A stretch of 64,000 nt of DNA from positions 3,408 through 67,407 of the forward strand of contig CAIJOY010000011.1 in assembly GCA_903822425.1 (NCBI GenBank), given 5' to 3'. Both the position numbers and the translations under genes were made by a program. Origin of the DNA: an uncultured Actinomycetes bacterium (lineage in GTDB: Bacteria > Actinomycetota > Actinomycetes > Nanopelagicales > Nanopelagicaceae). Below are positions 1 to 10,001 of this stretch, piece after piece. Under the pieces are notes generated by a model. It ran no database searches, was not told the DNA's origin, and saw nothing but the letters and a program-made list of their open reading frames with translations. Numbering within the stretch: position 1 is the first letter of the stretch; the number at the start of each line of letters is the position of its first letter.

Positions 1-120
1 GGCACCGTTGCACGACATCATGAGTTGGGCACAATTGCACTTGCTGTTGTGAAGAGAAATACCCCGCTAGAGGCGCAACTTTCGGTCGATGGAATCCCGG
101 CAGTACAGGAAGATTTGTAG
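1..120 (+). CDS. C-terminal fragment of a YgfZ/GcvT-like folate-binding protein (5' end outside window)
   Basis: Frame 1 is open from the window edge to TAG at 118-120 and reads GTVARHHELGTIALAVVKRNTPLEAQLSVDGIPAVQEDL. The ARHHELG.IALA.VKRN tail resembles actinobacterial YgfZ C-termini as I remember them. This is recognition from memory only. Confidence 0.4.
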   Translation, partial: GTVARHHELGTIALAVVKRNTPLEAQLSVDGIPAVQEDL

Positions 121-172
121 TTTTTGCCAGAGACTCTAAGGGTTGCAGGTAGGCTTACCCCATGGAGATCAG

Positions 173-277
173 ATGGAACTAATAACTTCCATCATCCTCG
201 CACTGGTTGCAGTTTTAATTGGTCTAGGACTTATAGCATATGGATTTAGCGGATTTCGCCGAAAGGGTGACAGATAA
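173..277 (+). CDS. 34-aa single-pass membrane peptide, translationally coupled to the downstream nitrobindin-like gene
   Basis: Hand translation gives MELITSIILALVAVLIGLGLIAYGFSGFRRKGDR. GGAGA lies 4 nt upstream of the ATG. The stop TAA (275-277) overlaps the next ATG as TAATG. It has one hydrophobic helix plus a basic tail. It is below the ORF-track length cutoff. Confidence 0.4.
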   Translation: MELITSIILALVAVLIGLGLIAYGFSGFRRKGDR

Positions 278-774
278 TGGCATTCACAATTCCTGAAGGT
301 TTACACGAAGACCTGTATCCGCTGGCATGGTTAGTGGGCACATGGCGCGGTAAAGGTCGCGGAGAATATGAAAGTATCCAACCTTTTGAATTTGATCAGG
401 AAGTAGTTTTTGGCCACGACGGCCGTTCATTTCTTACGTACTACTCGCGTTCATGGATCATTGATGCACATGGTGAAACTATTCGACCCGGCGGATCAGA
501 AACTGGCTTTTGGCGTGTGAAGCCAGGCAATGTTCTAGAAGTTGTAATCTCGCATAACACTGGAATAAGTGAAGGTTGGGTCGGTCGCTTTGATGGTCCC
601 AAAATTCAATTAGAGATGGATAAAGGTTATTCAGCGCCAAGTGCCAAAGTTGTAACTGCAGGATCACGTCTTTATGGCCTTGTAGAAGGTGAACTCTTCT
701 TTGCTTATGACATGGCTGCTGAAGGCTATGTCATGCAACCGCACCTTTGGTCGACGCTACCTCGTTCAAACTAA
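277..774 (+). CDS. Nitrobindin-like FABP-fold protein (UPF0678/DUF1794; Rv2717c-type heme-binding peroxynitrite isomerase family)
   Basis: 165-aa ORF. The motif LAWLVGTWRGKGRGEYESIQPFEFDQEVVFGHDGRSFLTY matches the G.W.G.G.G.YP.I.PF.Y.EEV.F.H.GKPFL.Y pattern of mycobacterial nitrobindin. A C-terminal QPHL histidine is retained. Confidence 0.75.
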   Translation: MAFTIPEGLHEDLYPLAWLVGTWRGKGRGEYESIQPFEFDQEVVFGHDGRSFLTYYSRSWIIDAHGETIRPGGSETGFWRVKPGNVLEVVISHNTGISEGWVGRFDGPKIQLEMDKGYSAPSAKVVTAGSRLYGLVEGELFFAYDMAAEGYVMQPHLWSTLPRSN

Positions 775-858
775 CGGGAGTTGCTTGGCATTACTGCGCT
801 CAATTGGGCTTGATCTGCCTCAACTTAGGTTCGCGCAAATTCCTACCTTCAGTAGAAT

Positions 859-2127
859 ATGCATATGAAAGGCCACATCGCCACATTAATGGTGCACACC
901 TCCCCGCTGGATCAGGCAGGTATTGGCGATGCAGGCGGAATGAATATTTATGTTGCTGAAAGTGCCAAACGCATGGCGGCAATGGGTGTCACTGTAGATA
1001 TCTTCACTCGCCGCACTCATGCTGATATTCCTGAAAGCATTGAACTTGCACCAGGAGTCATGGTTCGTCACTTAGATGCAGGGCCACTCGCAGAGGTCAC
1101 AAAAGAAGAGCTTCCACAATACATTCCAGAACTTGCAGAGAAATTTACTTCTGCGCTGCAAGGCAAAACTACCTACGACGTGATTCATTCTCACTATTGG
1201 ATTTCTGGCGAAGTTGGTTTGCCTGCAAGCAAGCAGCTCAATATTCCGTTGGTGCACACGATGCACACCATGGCAAAAGTGAAGAACTTGGCTTTGGCAG
1301 AAGGCGAGGCGCCAGAACCAGGTTCTCGTGTCCGGGGTGAAATGGAAGTAGTGAGAGCATCACGGGCCCTCATCGCAAATACTGATGCCGAAGCAGCCAG
1401 CCTGGTTTCACTGTATTCGGCTTGTCCCGACATTGTTCAGGTGGTTACTCCAGGAGTTGACCTTTACACCTTTACTCCAGGTACTGGCCGCGCAAGTGCT
1501 CGAGCAGCACTTAGTATTCCAGCAGATGCTCACGTCTTAACTTTCGTTGGCCGAATACAGCCACATAAAGGACCTGAATTATTAATTCGTGCAACATCTG
1601 AAATGCTTTCGCACTCACCACACCTTCGAAGCAAACTTATTGTTTACATAATCGGTGGTGCTTCAGGTGCAACAACTAAAGAAGTTGAGCGATTGCAGGA
1701 TCTGGTGAAATGGCTTGGTATCGCAGATGTTGTGCGCTTTCTACCACCAATTCATCGCGAACATTTACCCAACTGGTATCGAGCCGCAGATTTAGTGTGC
1801 GTGCCCAGCTACTCAGAATCATTTGGATTAGTAGCACTTGAGGCACAAGCGTGCGGAACTCCTGTCGTTGCAACCGCTGTAGGTGGCCTTCGCACTGCAG
1901 TCGCTGATGGAATCTCGGGCGTACTAGTAGATGGACACGATCCTCGCGCTTGGTCATCAGTTCTTGCTCGGCTCTTACTTGAACCACAAAGACGAGTTCT
2001 ATTGGCAATGGGGGCTCTTGAGCACGCATCTCACTTTGGCTGGGATACAACTGCACGAGGCACGCTAGATGTTTATGATCGTGTTTTGTCGGAGAAAATC
2101 AACAGCAACGCAGTTGCTGGCATATAA
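859..2127 (+). CDS. mshA: D-inositol-3-phosphate glycosyltransferase (mycothiol biosynthesis, GT4)
   Basis: 422 aa. The N-terminus has VHTSPLDQAGIGDAGGMNIYV, typical of MshA. A GT4 C-terminal E..FGLV.LEAQACGTPVVA motif is present. The mshA-ybjN-gpmA synteny matches mycobacteria. Confidence 0.85.
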   Translation: MHMKGHIATLMVHTSPLDQAGIGDAGGMNIYVAESAKRMAAMGVTVDIFTRRTHADIPESIELAPGVMVRHLDAGPLAEVTKEELPQYIPELAEKFTSALQGKTTYDVIHSHYWISGEVGLPASKQLNIPLVHTMHTMAKVKNLALAEGEAPEPGSRVRGEMEVVRASRALIANTDAEAASLVSLYSACPDIVQVVTPGVDLYTFTPGTGRASARAALSIPADAHVLTFVGRIQPHKGPELLIRATSEMLSHSPHLRSKLIVYIIGGASGATTKEVERLQDLVKWLGIADVVRFLPPIHREHLPNWYRAADLVCVPSYSESFGLVALEAQACGTPVVATAVGGLRTAVADGISGVLVDGHDPRAWSSVLARLLLEPQRRVLLAMGALEHASHFGWDTTARGTLDVYDRVLSEKINSNAVAGI

Positions 2128-2610
2128 ATGGCTGGTATAGATCCAAAAGCTATTATCGAAGAGTTTTTGGATTCGCACGATTTAGATTCTGATCGCAAAG
2201 ACGAAAATACATTCTTGATTACACTTCCTGGCGAGAAGAAACTAGAGACCCATTGCGCACTTATTGTTGGTGACCACTCTCTGAGCATTAACGCATTTGT
2301 AATTCGTAAACCCGATGAAAATCAAGCAGGAGTGCATGAGTGGTGCATGAGCAAGAATGCTGGGATGTATGGCGTGGCATTTGCCATCAATGATCTGGGT
2401 GACATCTTTCTTGTGGGCAGGTTGCCACTGAGCGCTGTGACCGAACGAGAGATTGATCGATTGCTTGGTGCGGTGTTGCAATACTCTGATTCATCATTTA
2501 ACCCTCTTCTCGAATTGGGTTTTTCATCTGCGATCAGGCGCGAATGGGCTTGGCGTGTATCACGCGGAGAATCCTTAGCGAACCTAAAACCTTTCGAGCA
2601 TTTGATTTAA
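2128..2610 (+). CDS. YbjN-domain protein (Rv0487-like)
   Basis: 160-aa ORF that starts the base after the mshA stop. Its position and size match the conserved actinobacterial YbjN-like gene downstream of mshA. Confidence 0.65.
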   Translation: MAGIDPKAIIEEFLDSHDLDSDRKDENTFLITLPGEKKLETHCALIVGDHSLSINAFVIRKPDENQAGVHEWCMSKNAGMYGVAFAINDLGDIFLVGRLPLSAVTEREIDRLLGAVLQYSDSSFNPLLELGFSSAIRREWAWRVSRGESLANLKPFEHLI

Positions 2611-2637
2611 CATGCTGATTATTGAGAAGATTGCTCT

Positions 2638-3381
2638 ATGACACACACCCTCATCCTCCTTCGTCATGGCGAAAGTGAATGGAATGCCAAGAACCTTTTT
2701 ACTGGCTGGGTAGATGTTCGCCTTACAAGTAAAGGCGAGGCCGAAGCTACCCGAGCAGGAGAGCTTCTCAAGGAAAACAATCTGCTTCCTGATGTGCTTC
2801 ACACATCCTTATTGCGTCGTGCAATACATACTTCTCAACGAGCCCTTGAATCGTGTGAGCGTGACTGGATTCCGGTGCGTCGTTCTTGGCGCTTAAATGA
2901 ACGTCACTACGGTGCATTGCAAGGCAAGGATAAGAAGGAAACGCTTGAAAAATATGGCGAGGAGCAATTTAAATTATGGCGCCGCTCATTTGATGTTCCA
3001 CCTCCACCCATCGACCAAGCAGATCCCTTCAGCCAATCAACGGATCCGCGTTATGCAGACTTGGGCCGAGCACTGCCAGCTACTGAATGTTTGAAAGATG
3101 TTGTAGAACGAATGCTTCCATATTGGCATGAATCAATAGTTCCGGATCTTCAAACTGGAAAATGCGTCCTAGTAACAGCTCACGGAAATTCCCTCAGAGC
3201 ATTAGTGAAGAAGCTAGACGGGATCTCAGATGCAGATATCGCTGAACTCAATATTCCCACCGGAATCCCATTACTGTATAAACTTAATGAGAAGATGGAA
3301 CCAATTGGAAAAGGTGAGTATTTAGATCCCGTTGCTGCCGCTTCAGCAATTAGTGTCGTTGCAAACCAGGGAAAAAACTAA
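2638..3381 (+). CDS. gpmA: 2,3-bisphosphoglycerate-dependent phosphoglycerate mutase
   Basis: 247 aa. It carries [12 protein letters not shown] (catalytic His), ERHYGALQG and [10 protein letters not shown] motifs. Confidence 0.95.
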   Translation: MTHTLILLRHGESEWNAKNLFTGWVDVRLTSKGEAEATRAGELLKENNLLPDVLHTSLLRRAIHTSQRALESCERDWIPVRRSWRLNERHYGALQGKDKKETLEKYGEEQFKLWRRSFDVPPPPIDQADPFSQSTDPRYADLGRALPATECLKDVVERMLPYWHESIVPDLQTGKCVLVTAHGNSLRALVKKLDGISDADIAELNIPTGIPLLYKLNEKMEPIGKGEYLDPVAAASAISVVANQGKN

Positions 3382-4031
3382 TCCTTTTTTGTGGCGTACT
3401 CGCCAGTGACCAAGAAATAAACACGACGTGCCACAGATACGGCATGGTCTGCGCATCTTTCGTAATAGCGACCAAGTAAGGTCATGTCGATTGCGGACTC
3501 AATTCCGTGTGGCCATGCATCATCAAGCAAAGTAACAAAGAGTTTACGATGCAACCTATCCATTTCATCATCATCTCTTTCAACTTCAAGTGCGGCTTCT
3601 AGGTCACGCGAAGTCAAAAGGCCAGTCACCTTTGCAATAATTCTTTCTGCGGTGTCACCCATCTCTTGAATGGTGAGGGCTAATTCTGGTGGAACTGCAG
3701 TTGCTGGATAGCGCATACGAGCAATACGAGCAATGTGATGGCAAAAATCGCCCATGCGTTCAAAATCAGCACTCATTCTTAGAGAAGTGACTAGCGTTCG
3801 AAGGTCGCTGGCTACCGGTTGTTGACGCGCCATGAGATTTAGAGTTTTGGCATCTAAATCATGTTGTATTGCATCGATGTGATCATCTTCAGCAATAACT
3901 TCCTCAGCTAAAGCCAAGTCGGCTGTGAGCAGAGCGGTTGTGGCGCGATTCATGGCACTGCCCACCAGGTTAGCCATGTCCACTAACGTCTGGTTTATCG
4001 CATCTAGGTCATCATGAAAGGCGTCGCGCAT
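3378..4031 (-). CDS. phoU: Phosphate signalling/transport regulator PhoU (PhoY-like)
   Basis: The ORF is open to 4160, but homologs start at MR.A.H..L, so I place the start at ATG 4031 ([16 protein letters not shown]...). The two PhoU repeats with E..DD..D motifs are present. It is divergent from senX3 as in mycobacteria. Confidence 0.85.
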   Translation of the reverse strand: MRDAFHDDLDAINQTLVDMANLVGSAMNRATTALLTADLALAEEVIAEDDHIDAIQHDLDAKTLNLMARQQPVASDLRTLVTSLRMSADFERMGDFCHHIARIARMRYPATAVPPELALTIQEMGDTAERIIAKVTGLLTSRDLEAALEVERDDDEMDRLHRKLFVTLLDDAWPHGIESAIDMTLLGRYYERCADHAVSVARRVYFLVTGEYATKKD

Positions 4032-4032
4032 A

Positions 4033-4074
4033 GGCAAAGGGTACTTGGCAAAGGGCAAGAATTCGACCCTTGCC
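4033..4074. repeat. GGCAAAGGG x2 direct (4033-4041, 4047-4055) plus an inverted near-copy CCCTTGCC (4067-4074) immediately upstream of phoU
   Basis: Read directly from the sequence. The second direct copy and the inverted copy also form a GGCAAG-N9-CTTGCC hairpin or palindrome. Confidence 0.8.
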
Positions 4075-4150
4075 GTGAACGAGGAGTTGCTTTTGAGTGA
4101 ATAAGAGGTGAAGGCAATAGCCCGCCTGACATTTTGGAACTGCCTCATCC

Positions 4151-4174
4151 ATTGGATCATTACGATTGGATCAT
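4151..4174. repeat. ATTGGATCAT x2 direct repeat (4151-4160, 4165-4174) overlapping the probable senX3 start
   Basis: Read directly from the sequence. The copies are exact 10-mers separated by TACG. The second copy contains the ATG at 4173. Confidence 0.8.
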
Positions 4175-5258
4175 GAGTTGGCTCAGTAAGCGGAAATCTG
4201 ATGATGGATCAGTGCCATCAAGCGAAAATGAGATTTCTGCCGAAGTGCGAGAGCTGCTCGACGTTATTGATATCGCGAGCGTCATCCTCGCACCTGGAGA
4301 ATTGCCACTGTATTACTCGCCAACAGCCATCACTCTAGGTGTAATTCGTGATGAAAGAATAACTGGGGAAGAATTACTCGCACTGATTCGAGTTGTACGC
4401 AGAACTGGGATTTCACAAATTGGTTTGATTGATGTTCCTCGCGGACCAATCGGTGAAGGAACGCGCAGGCTTTCGGTGAAAGTTACAAAACTGGGAGCAG
4501 AGGGTTTAGTCCTAGCGATGCTCAGTGATGAAAGCGAAGCCGAACGCATCGATGCTGTAAGACGAGACTTTGTTGCCAACATCTCGCACGAGCTTAAGAC
4601 ACCTATCGGAGCACTTTCATTACTTAGCGAAGCAGTTTTGGGAGCGAGTGATGATCCAGATTCAGTTCGCAAATTTGCCGCAAGGATGCAGAAAGAAGCT
4701 AAACGACTGAGCGATCTTGTTCAAGAAATCATCAACCTCTCACGGTTGCAAGATGCTGATCCTTTGCTCGATGCCATCACAATCGATGTAGATGAAGCAG
4801 TTGATGACGCACTCAGTCAGTGTCAGCTACATGGCGATATGCGGGAGATCGAATTTCTTCGGGGACCGCTCGTCCACGCAAGCGTTGTAGGTGATAGAAC
4901 ACAGATCGTTATGGCCGTACATAATTTGATTGAGAACGCGATTAATTACAGTCCCGAGAAAACCAAAGTAACAATTAATACGACTACTTCAGATGGGTTA
5001 GTGGACATTTCTGTAATTGACCAAGGAATTGGGATTTCCGATCAAGACCTAGATCGTATTTTTGAACGTTTTTATAGAGTCGACCCTGCTCGTTCTCGGG
5101 CAACAGGAGGTACAGGCTTAGGACTTTCCATTGTTAAACATGTAGCTCGCAACCATGGTGGAGATGTGACAGTCTGGAGCTCGGCTGGAGTTGGAAGTAC
5201 CTTCTCAATAAAGTTACCTTTAGGTGAGGATAAATTAGATGCGGGGGAAATTGCATGA
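4173..5258 (+). CDS. senX3: Sensor histidine kinase SenX3-like (phosphate-responsive two-component system)
   Basis: The H-box RRDFVANISHELKTP and the HATPase N, G1 and G2 boxes (NLIENAINYS, DQGIGI, GGTGLGLSIVKH) are present. It overlaps regX3 by ATGA. The start is uncertain: ATG 4173 or TTG 4134. Confidence 0.8.
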   Translation: MSWLSKRKSDDGSVPSSENEISAEVRELLDVIDIASVILAPGELPLYYSPTAITLGVIRDERITGEELLALIRVVRRTGISQIGLIDVPRGPIGEGTRRLSVKVTKLGAEGLVLAMLSDESEAERIDAVRRDFVANISHELKTPIGALSLLSEAVLGASDDPDSVRKFAARMQKEAKRLSDLVQEIINLSRLQDADPLLDAITIDVDEAVDDALSQCQLHGDMREIEFLRGPLVHASVVGDRTQIVMAVHNLIENAINYSPEKTKVTINTTTSDGLVDISVIDQGIGISDQDLDRIFERFYRVDPARSRATGGTGLGLSIVKHVARNHGGDVTVWSSAGVGSTFSIKLPLGEDKLDAGEIA

Positions 5259-5938
5259 CGCGCATACTTGTAGTTGAAGATGAAGAGTCTTTTTCTGAAG
5301 CGATTTCATTTCTCTTGCGCAAAGAGGGATTTGAAGTAGGTATCGCTGCCAATGGTCCTGATGGACTTGCTGAATTTGAACGAAATGGTGCTGACTTAGT
5401 GCTACTAGATCTGATGTTGCCTGGGTTATCGGGTACCGAGGTTTGTCGCCAAATTCGTACTAAATCGCAAGTTCCCATCATCATGCTGACGGCTAAAGAT
5501 ACCGAGATAGACAAAGTCGTAGGTCTAGAACTTGGGGCCGATGACTATGTAACCAAGCCGTATTCTTCCCGCGAATTAATTGCGCGCATCCGTGCCGTAC
5601 TTCGCCGTGGTTCTGATTCTGGTTCTGAGAGTGAAGTTGGTATTTTAAGCGCAGGTCCTGTGAGATTAGATATTGATCGTCACATTATTACGGTGAATGG
5701 ATTACCGATTAGTTTGCCTCTCAAAGAGTTTGAACTTCTCGAATTCTTAATGCGCAATTCTGGTCGCGTCTTAACTCGAATGCAGTTGATAGATCGAGTG
5801 TGGGGTAGTGATTATGTGGGCGATACAAAGACTTTGGATGTTCACATTAAACGTCTTCGTGCAAAGATTGAAGAAGATCCTGCTAATCCAATACACATTC
5901 AGACCGTACGCGGTCTTGGGTACAAGATGGAGTCTTAA
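5255..5938 (+). CDS. regX3: OmpR-family response regulator RegX3-like
   Basis: 227 aa. The receiver domain has ILVVEDEES...DLVLLDLMLPG. The winged-helix C-terminus has TLDVHIKRLRAKIE...IQTVRGLGYK. Confidence 0.88.
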   Translation: MTRILVVEDEESFSEAISFLLRKEGFEVGIAANGPDGLAEFERNGADLVLLDLMLPGLSGTEVCRQIRTKSQVPIIMLTAKDTEIDKVVGLELGADDYVTKPYSSRELIARIRAVLRRGSDSGSESEVGILSAGPVRLDIDRHIITVNGLPISLPLKEFELLEFLMRNSGRVLTRMQLIDRVWGSDYVGDTKTLDVHIKRLRAKIEEDPANPIHIQTVRGLGYKMES

Positions 5939-6414
5939 GAAGTTACTCCCGCATAGACGCCTGCTTGTTCGCGAACGATCGCATCTACGGTCATCTCTCC
6001 TGCATGTGAGAAAAAGAGCTGCACTTTGACTCGATTACCGGGAGCGATGTTGAGTGCCGGAAAAATAGCTGTTGAGTTGGCGCTATCACCGGCAAAACGC
6101 AAAGCTTTATTTTGCAACATAGGCAGCGAAGTCGCAGAAAGCGTACCCATCACTCCTCCTGCGGCTATTGCAAGCAAATCATCTTGAACTTCACCCTCAT
6201 TAACCATCGTTGCGACAAGTACTGCGCTGCCATCATGTTGTGCAACCAAAAGTAATCCGGCCACCTTGACATGACTTCCCTGAGCATCGATTGAAGCCTC
6301 AACGCCATCTGTTACTTGTTTTGTCATTGCCGTAGGTGCGTTGGCCCCAGATGCGCATGCACTTAAAGAGAGAGCAAGTGTCGTTGTGAGTGTTGCAATG
6401 ACAATCTTGCGCAT
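5935..6414 (-). CDS. Lipoprotein, LpqE-like (DUF461/PCuAC-like fold suspected)
   Basis: 159 aa. The signal peptide and lipobox are LALSLSAC|ASG. It sits next to carD, as Rv3584 (lpqE) does in M. tuberculosis. The family assignment rests on position and architecture only. Confidence 0.6.
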   Translation of the reverse strand: MRKIVIATLTTTLALSLSACASGANAPTAMTKQVTDGVEASIDAQGSHVKVAGLLLVAQHDGSAVLVATMVNEGEVQDDLLAIAAGGVMGTLSATSLPMLQNKALRFAGDSANSTAIFPALNIAPGNRVKVQLFFSHAGEMTVDAIVREQAGVYAGVTS

Positions 6415-6424
6415 TTAAATCTCT

Positions 6425-6450
6425 CCTAATAGTGCCTAATGGTTCCTAAT
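6425..6450. repeat. Three CCTAAT hexamers spaced exactly 10 bp apart (6425, 6435, 6445), directly upstream of the lipoprotein start
   Basis: Read directly from the sequence. On the minus strand it reads ATTAGGAACC ATTAGGCACT ATTAGGAGAG ATTTAA ATG. The last copy merges with the Shine-Dalgarno sequence. Confidence 0.85.
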
Positions 6451-6599
6451 AATTATGTGAATTCATACGGTGTTAGATCTGCATAATTGTCTCATGCGTT
6501 CGGAAAATAGCCTCAAAACCCTTATTTTGCGCCCAAATATGAGGAGGTGACTGGCCTCACTAATGGCTGGTATTCTTAGCCCCTAACGAAGGGCATTAC

Positions 6600-7082
6600 A
6601 TGTCATTTAAGGTAGGCGAAACCGTTGTTTATCCCCATCACGGAGCTGCTCTGATCGAAGCGATCGAGACTCGAGTGATCAAAGGCGAAGAAAAGACCTA
6701 CCTCGTATTGAAAGTAAAACAGGGAGATTTGACCGTTCGGGTCCCTTCCGAGAATGTGGATCTAGTGGGTGTGCGCGATGTTGTTGATAGCGCTGGACTA
6801 GACCGTGTATTTAATGTCCTACGTCAGCCATATACAGAAGAACCGACCAACTGGTCACGCCGTTACAAAGCTAACCTTGAAAAGCTCGCATCTGGCGATG
6901 TCATAAAAGTGGCTGAAGTTGTCCGTGATCTTTACCGTCGCGATCTTGACCGTGGTCTTTCAGCAGGAGAAAAGCGCATGCTTGCCAAGGCAAAGCAGAT
7001 CCTTATCTCTGAACTCGCACTTGCCGAGCGCACCGATGAAGAAAAAGCCGGCGTCATTCTTGATGAGGTTCTTGCTTCTTAA
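6600..7082 (+). CDS. carD: RNA polymerase-binding transcription factor CarD
   Basis: 160 aa. The N-terminus [21 protein letters not shown] is typical of the CarD/TRCF RID domain. The carD-ispF-cysS synteny is conserved. Confidence 0.92.
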   Translation: MSFKVGETVVYPHHGAALIEAIETRVIKGEEKTYLVLKVKQGDLTVRVPSENVDLVGVRDVVDSAGLDRVFNVLRQPYTEEPTNWSRRYKANLEKLASGDVIKVAEVVRDLYRRDLDRGLSAGEKRMLAKAKQILISELALAERTDEEKAGVILDEVLAS

Positions 7083-7102
7083 TTGCGACCGAAAGGTAAT
7101 TT

Positions 7103-7618
7103 ATGACTCCGCCCATCTCTGACGGCGTCAGTGCTCCCGCATTTCGTACCGGTATCGGTGTTGATGCGCACGCTTTTTCTTTAGATCGCAATCGCCAAAT
7201 GTGGCTAGCAGGTTTGCATTGGCCAAATGAAATCGGTGTCGAAGCACATTCAGATGGTGATGTCGTAGCACATGCCATATGTGATGCACTCTTTGCTGCT
7301 GCAGGCCTTGGAGATTTAGGAAGTAATTTTGGAACCGATCGCCCAGAATATGCATCTGTCTCTGGCGCACAATTATTAGCCCAGACATTAAAACTCATCA
7401 CCACTGCCGGATATGCAATCTCAAATGTTTCAGTACAGGTCATCGGAAACCGCCCCAAGTTAGGCGCTCGCAGGAATGATGCGCAGGCAGCGCTTTGTGC
7501 TGCACTCGACGGCGCTGATGTCTCACTTTCTGCCACGACAACCGATGGGTTGGGCTTCACAGGCGAAGGTAAAGGCCTTGCAGCAATCGCATCGGCCCTT
7601 ATTTACAAGCTTTCTTAA
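7103..7618 (+). CDS. ispF: 2-C-methyl-D-erythritol 2,4-cyclodiphosphate synthase
   Basis: 171 aa. It has [11 protein letters not shown] and [14 protein letters not shown] zinc-binding and active-site motifs. Confidence 0.92.
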   Translation: MTPPISDGVSAPAFRTGIGVDAHAFSLDRNRQMWLAGLHWPNEIGVEAHSDGDVVAHAICDALFAAAGLGDLGSNFGTDRPEYASVSGAQLLAQTLKLITTAGYAISNVSVQVIGNRPKLGARRNDAQAALCAALDGADVSLSATTTDGLGFTGEGKGLAAIASALIYKLS

Positions 7619-7650
7619 AGATTAACGAGCGAGAAAGATAGACTTTGACA

Positions 7651-9054
<1,404 letters not shown>

Positions 9055-9059
9055 TAGCG

Positions 9060-10001
9060 ATGGCTGGAAATTCATCACGTAAAGGTGCAGTGCGCGCATC
9101 TAAGAAGGGCCCAACAGGGGGCAGCGGCGGAACAAATAAGAAGCGCCTCTCTGGTAAAGGTCCAACTCCAAAAGCTGAAGATCGTCCATATCACGCAGCA
9201 GCAAAACGCAAGAAAGCGGCAACAAAAGATACGCGTCCTCGTGCACCTCGTGTAAAAAGCGAACGTCCAAAAGGTGGCGGAGAATTAGTTGCTGGCCGAA
9301 ATGCAGTTGTTGAAGCACTACGCGCTGGCGTTCCTGCGATCGAACTCATCGTTGCAAGAAGTATTGATGTTGATGATCGCATCACCGAATCTTTGCAACT
9401 AGCACTCTCGGCTCGACTTCCGATTCGTGAAGTCCATCGCGCTGAAGTTGAAGGCTTATCTGGAAGCAGCCAAGGAATTCTCCTAGCGATTAAACCATTT
9501 CAGTACTCAAGTTTTGAAGAAATCATGCAACGGGCAACAGCTCCTAAGTTAATCGTGGCACTTGATGGAGTCACAGATCCACGCAACCTCGGTGCAGTTG
9601 TTCGAAGTGCAGCTGCATTTGGAGCACATGGTGTTGTGATGACCGAACGTCGCGCAGCAGGAATGACAGCATCAGCGTGGAAAAGCTCTGCTGGTGCTGC
9701 AGCTCGCTTGCCGATCGCACAAGTAACAAACCTTGCCCGGACAATTGAAGATGCTAAGAAACTTGGTTGCTTTGTTGTTGGTTTAGATGGCGAATCTGAA
9801 ATAGCACTCACTGCGATGAAAGTTGCACAAGAATCTTTGATGATTGTCGTAGGTAGTGAAGGCAAGGGTTTATCTCGATTAGTTAGCGAAAAATGTGATC
9901 TTGTTGTTTCTATCCCTATGAACGCAGCAACTGAATCCCTCAACGCCAGCGTCGCAACTTCGATTGCACTGTTTTGGGTGGATGAGCAACGCCGTAAGTA
10001 A
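9060..10001 (+). CDS. rlmB: 23S rRNA (guanosine-2'-O)-methyltransferase, RlmB/TrmH family, with a basic N-terminal extension
   Basis: SpoU C-terminal motifs are present (LDGVTDPRNLGAVVRSA, VVGSEGKGLS, IPM...ESLNASVA). The Lys/Arg-rich N-terminal tail is typical of the actinobacterial Rv3579c type. I place the start at ATG 9060, just after the cysS stop. Confidence 0.85.
   Translation: MAGNSSRKGAVRASKKGPTGGSGGTNKKRLSGKGPTPKAEDRPYHAAAKRKKAATKDTRPRAPRVKSERPKGGGELVAGRNAVVEALRAGVPAIELIVARSIDVDDRITESLQLALSARLPIREVHRAEVEGLSGSSQGILLAIKPFQYSSFEEIMQRATAPKLIVALDGVTDPRNLGAVVRSAAAFGAHGVVMTERRAAGMTASAWKSSAGAAARLPIAQVTNLARTIEDAKKLGCFVVGLDGESEIALTAMKVAQESLMIVVGSEGKGLSRLVSEKCDLVVSIPMNAATESLNASVATSIALFWVDEQRRK

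Noticed and set aside
4032-4160. N-terminal extensions offered by the ORF track: phoU to 4160, ppc to 61777, csp from 22835, rlmB from 9024, tatD from 50240, DUF2867 from 16368 and mmpL to 40507.
   Set aside because: Homologue N-termini as I know them, SD positions and avoidance of overlap with the upstream gene all favour the internal starts listed in the features. The extensions add residues with no family resemblance.
6540-6599. Mini-ORFs upstream of carD: ATG AGG AGG TGA, and a 7-codon ATGGCTGGTATTCTTAGCCCCTAA.
   Set aside because: They are too short, lack appropriately spaced SD sequences and have no attenuator-like structure following them. They are most likely chance ATGs in the carD leader.
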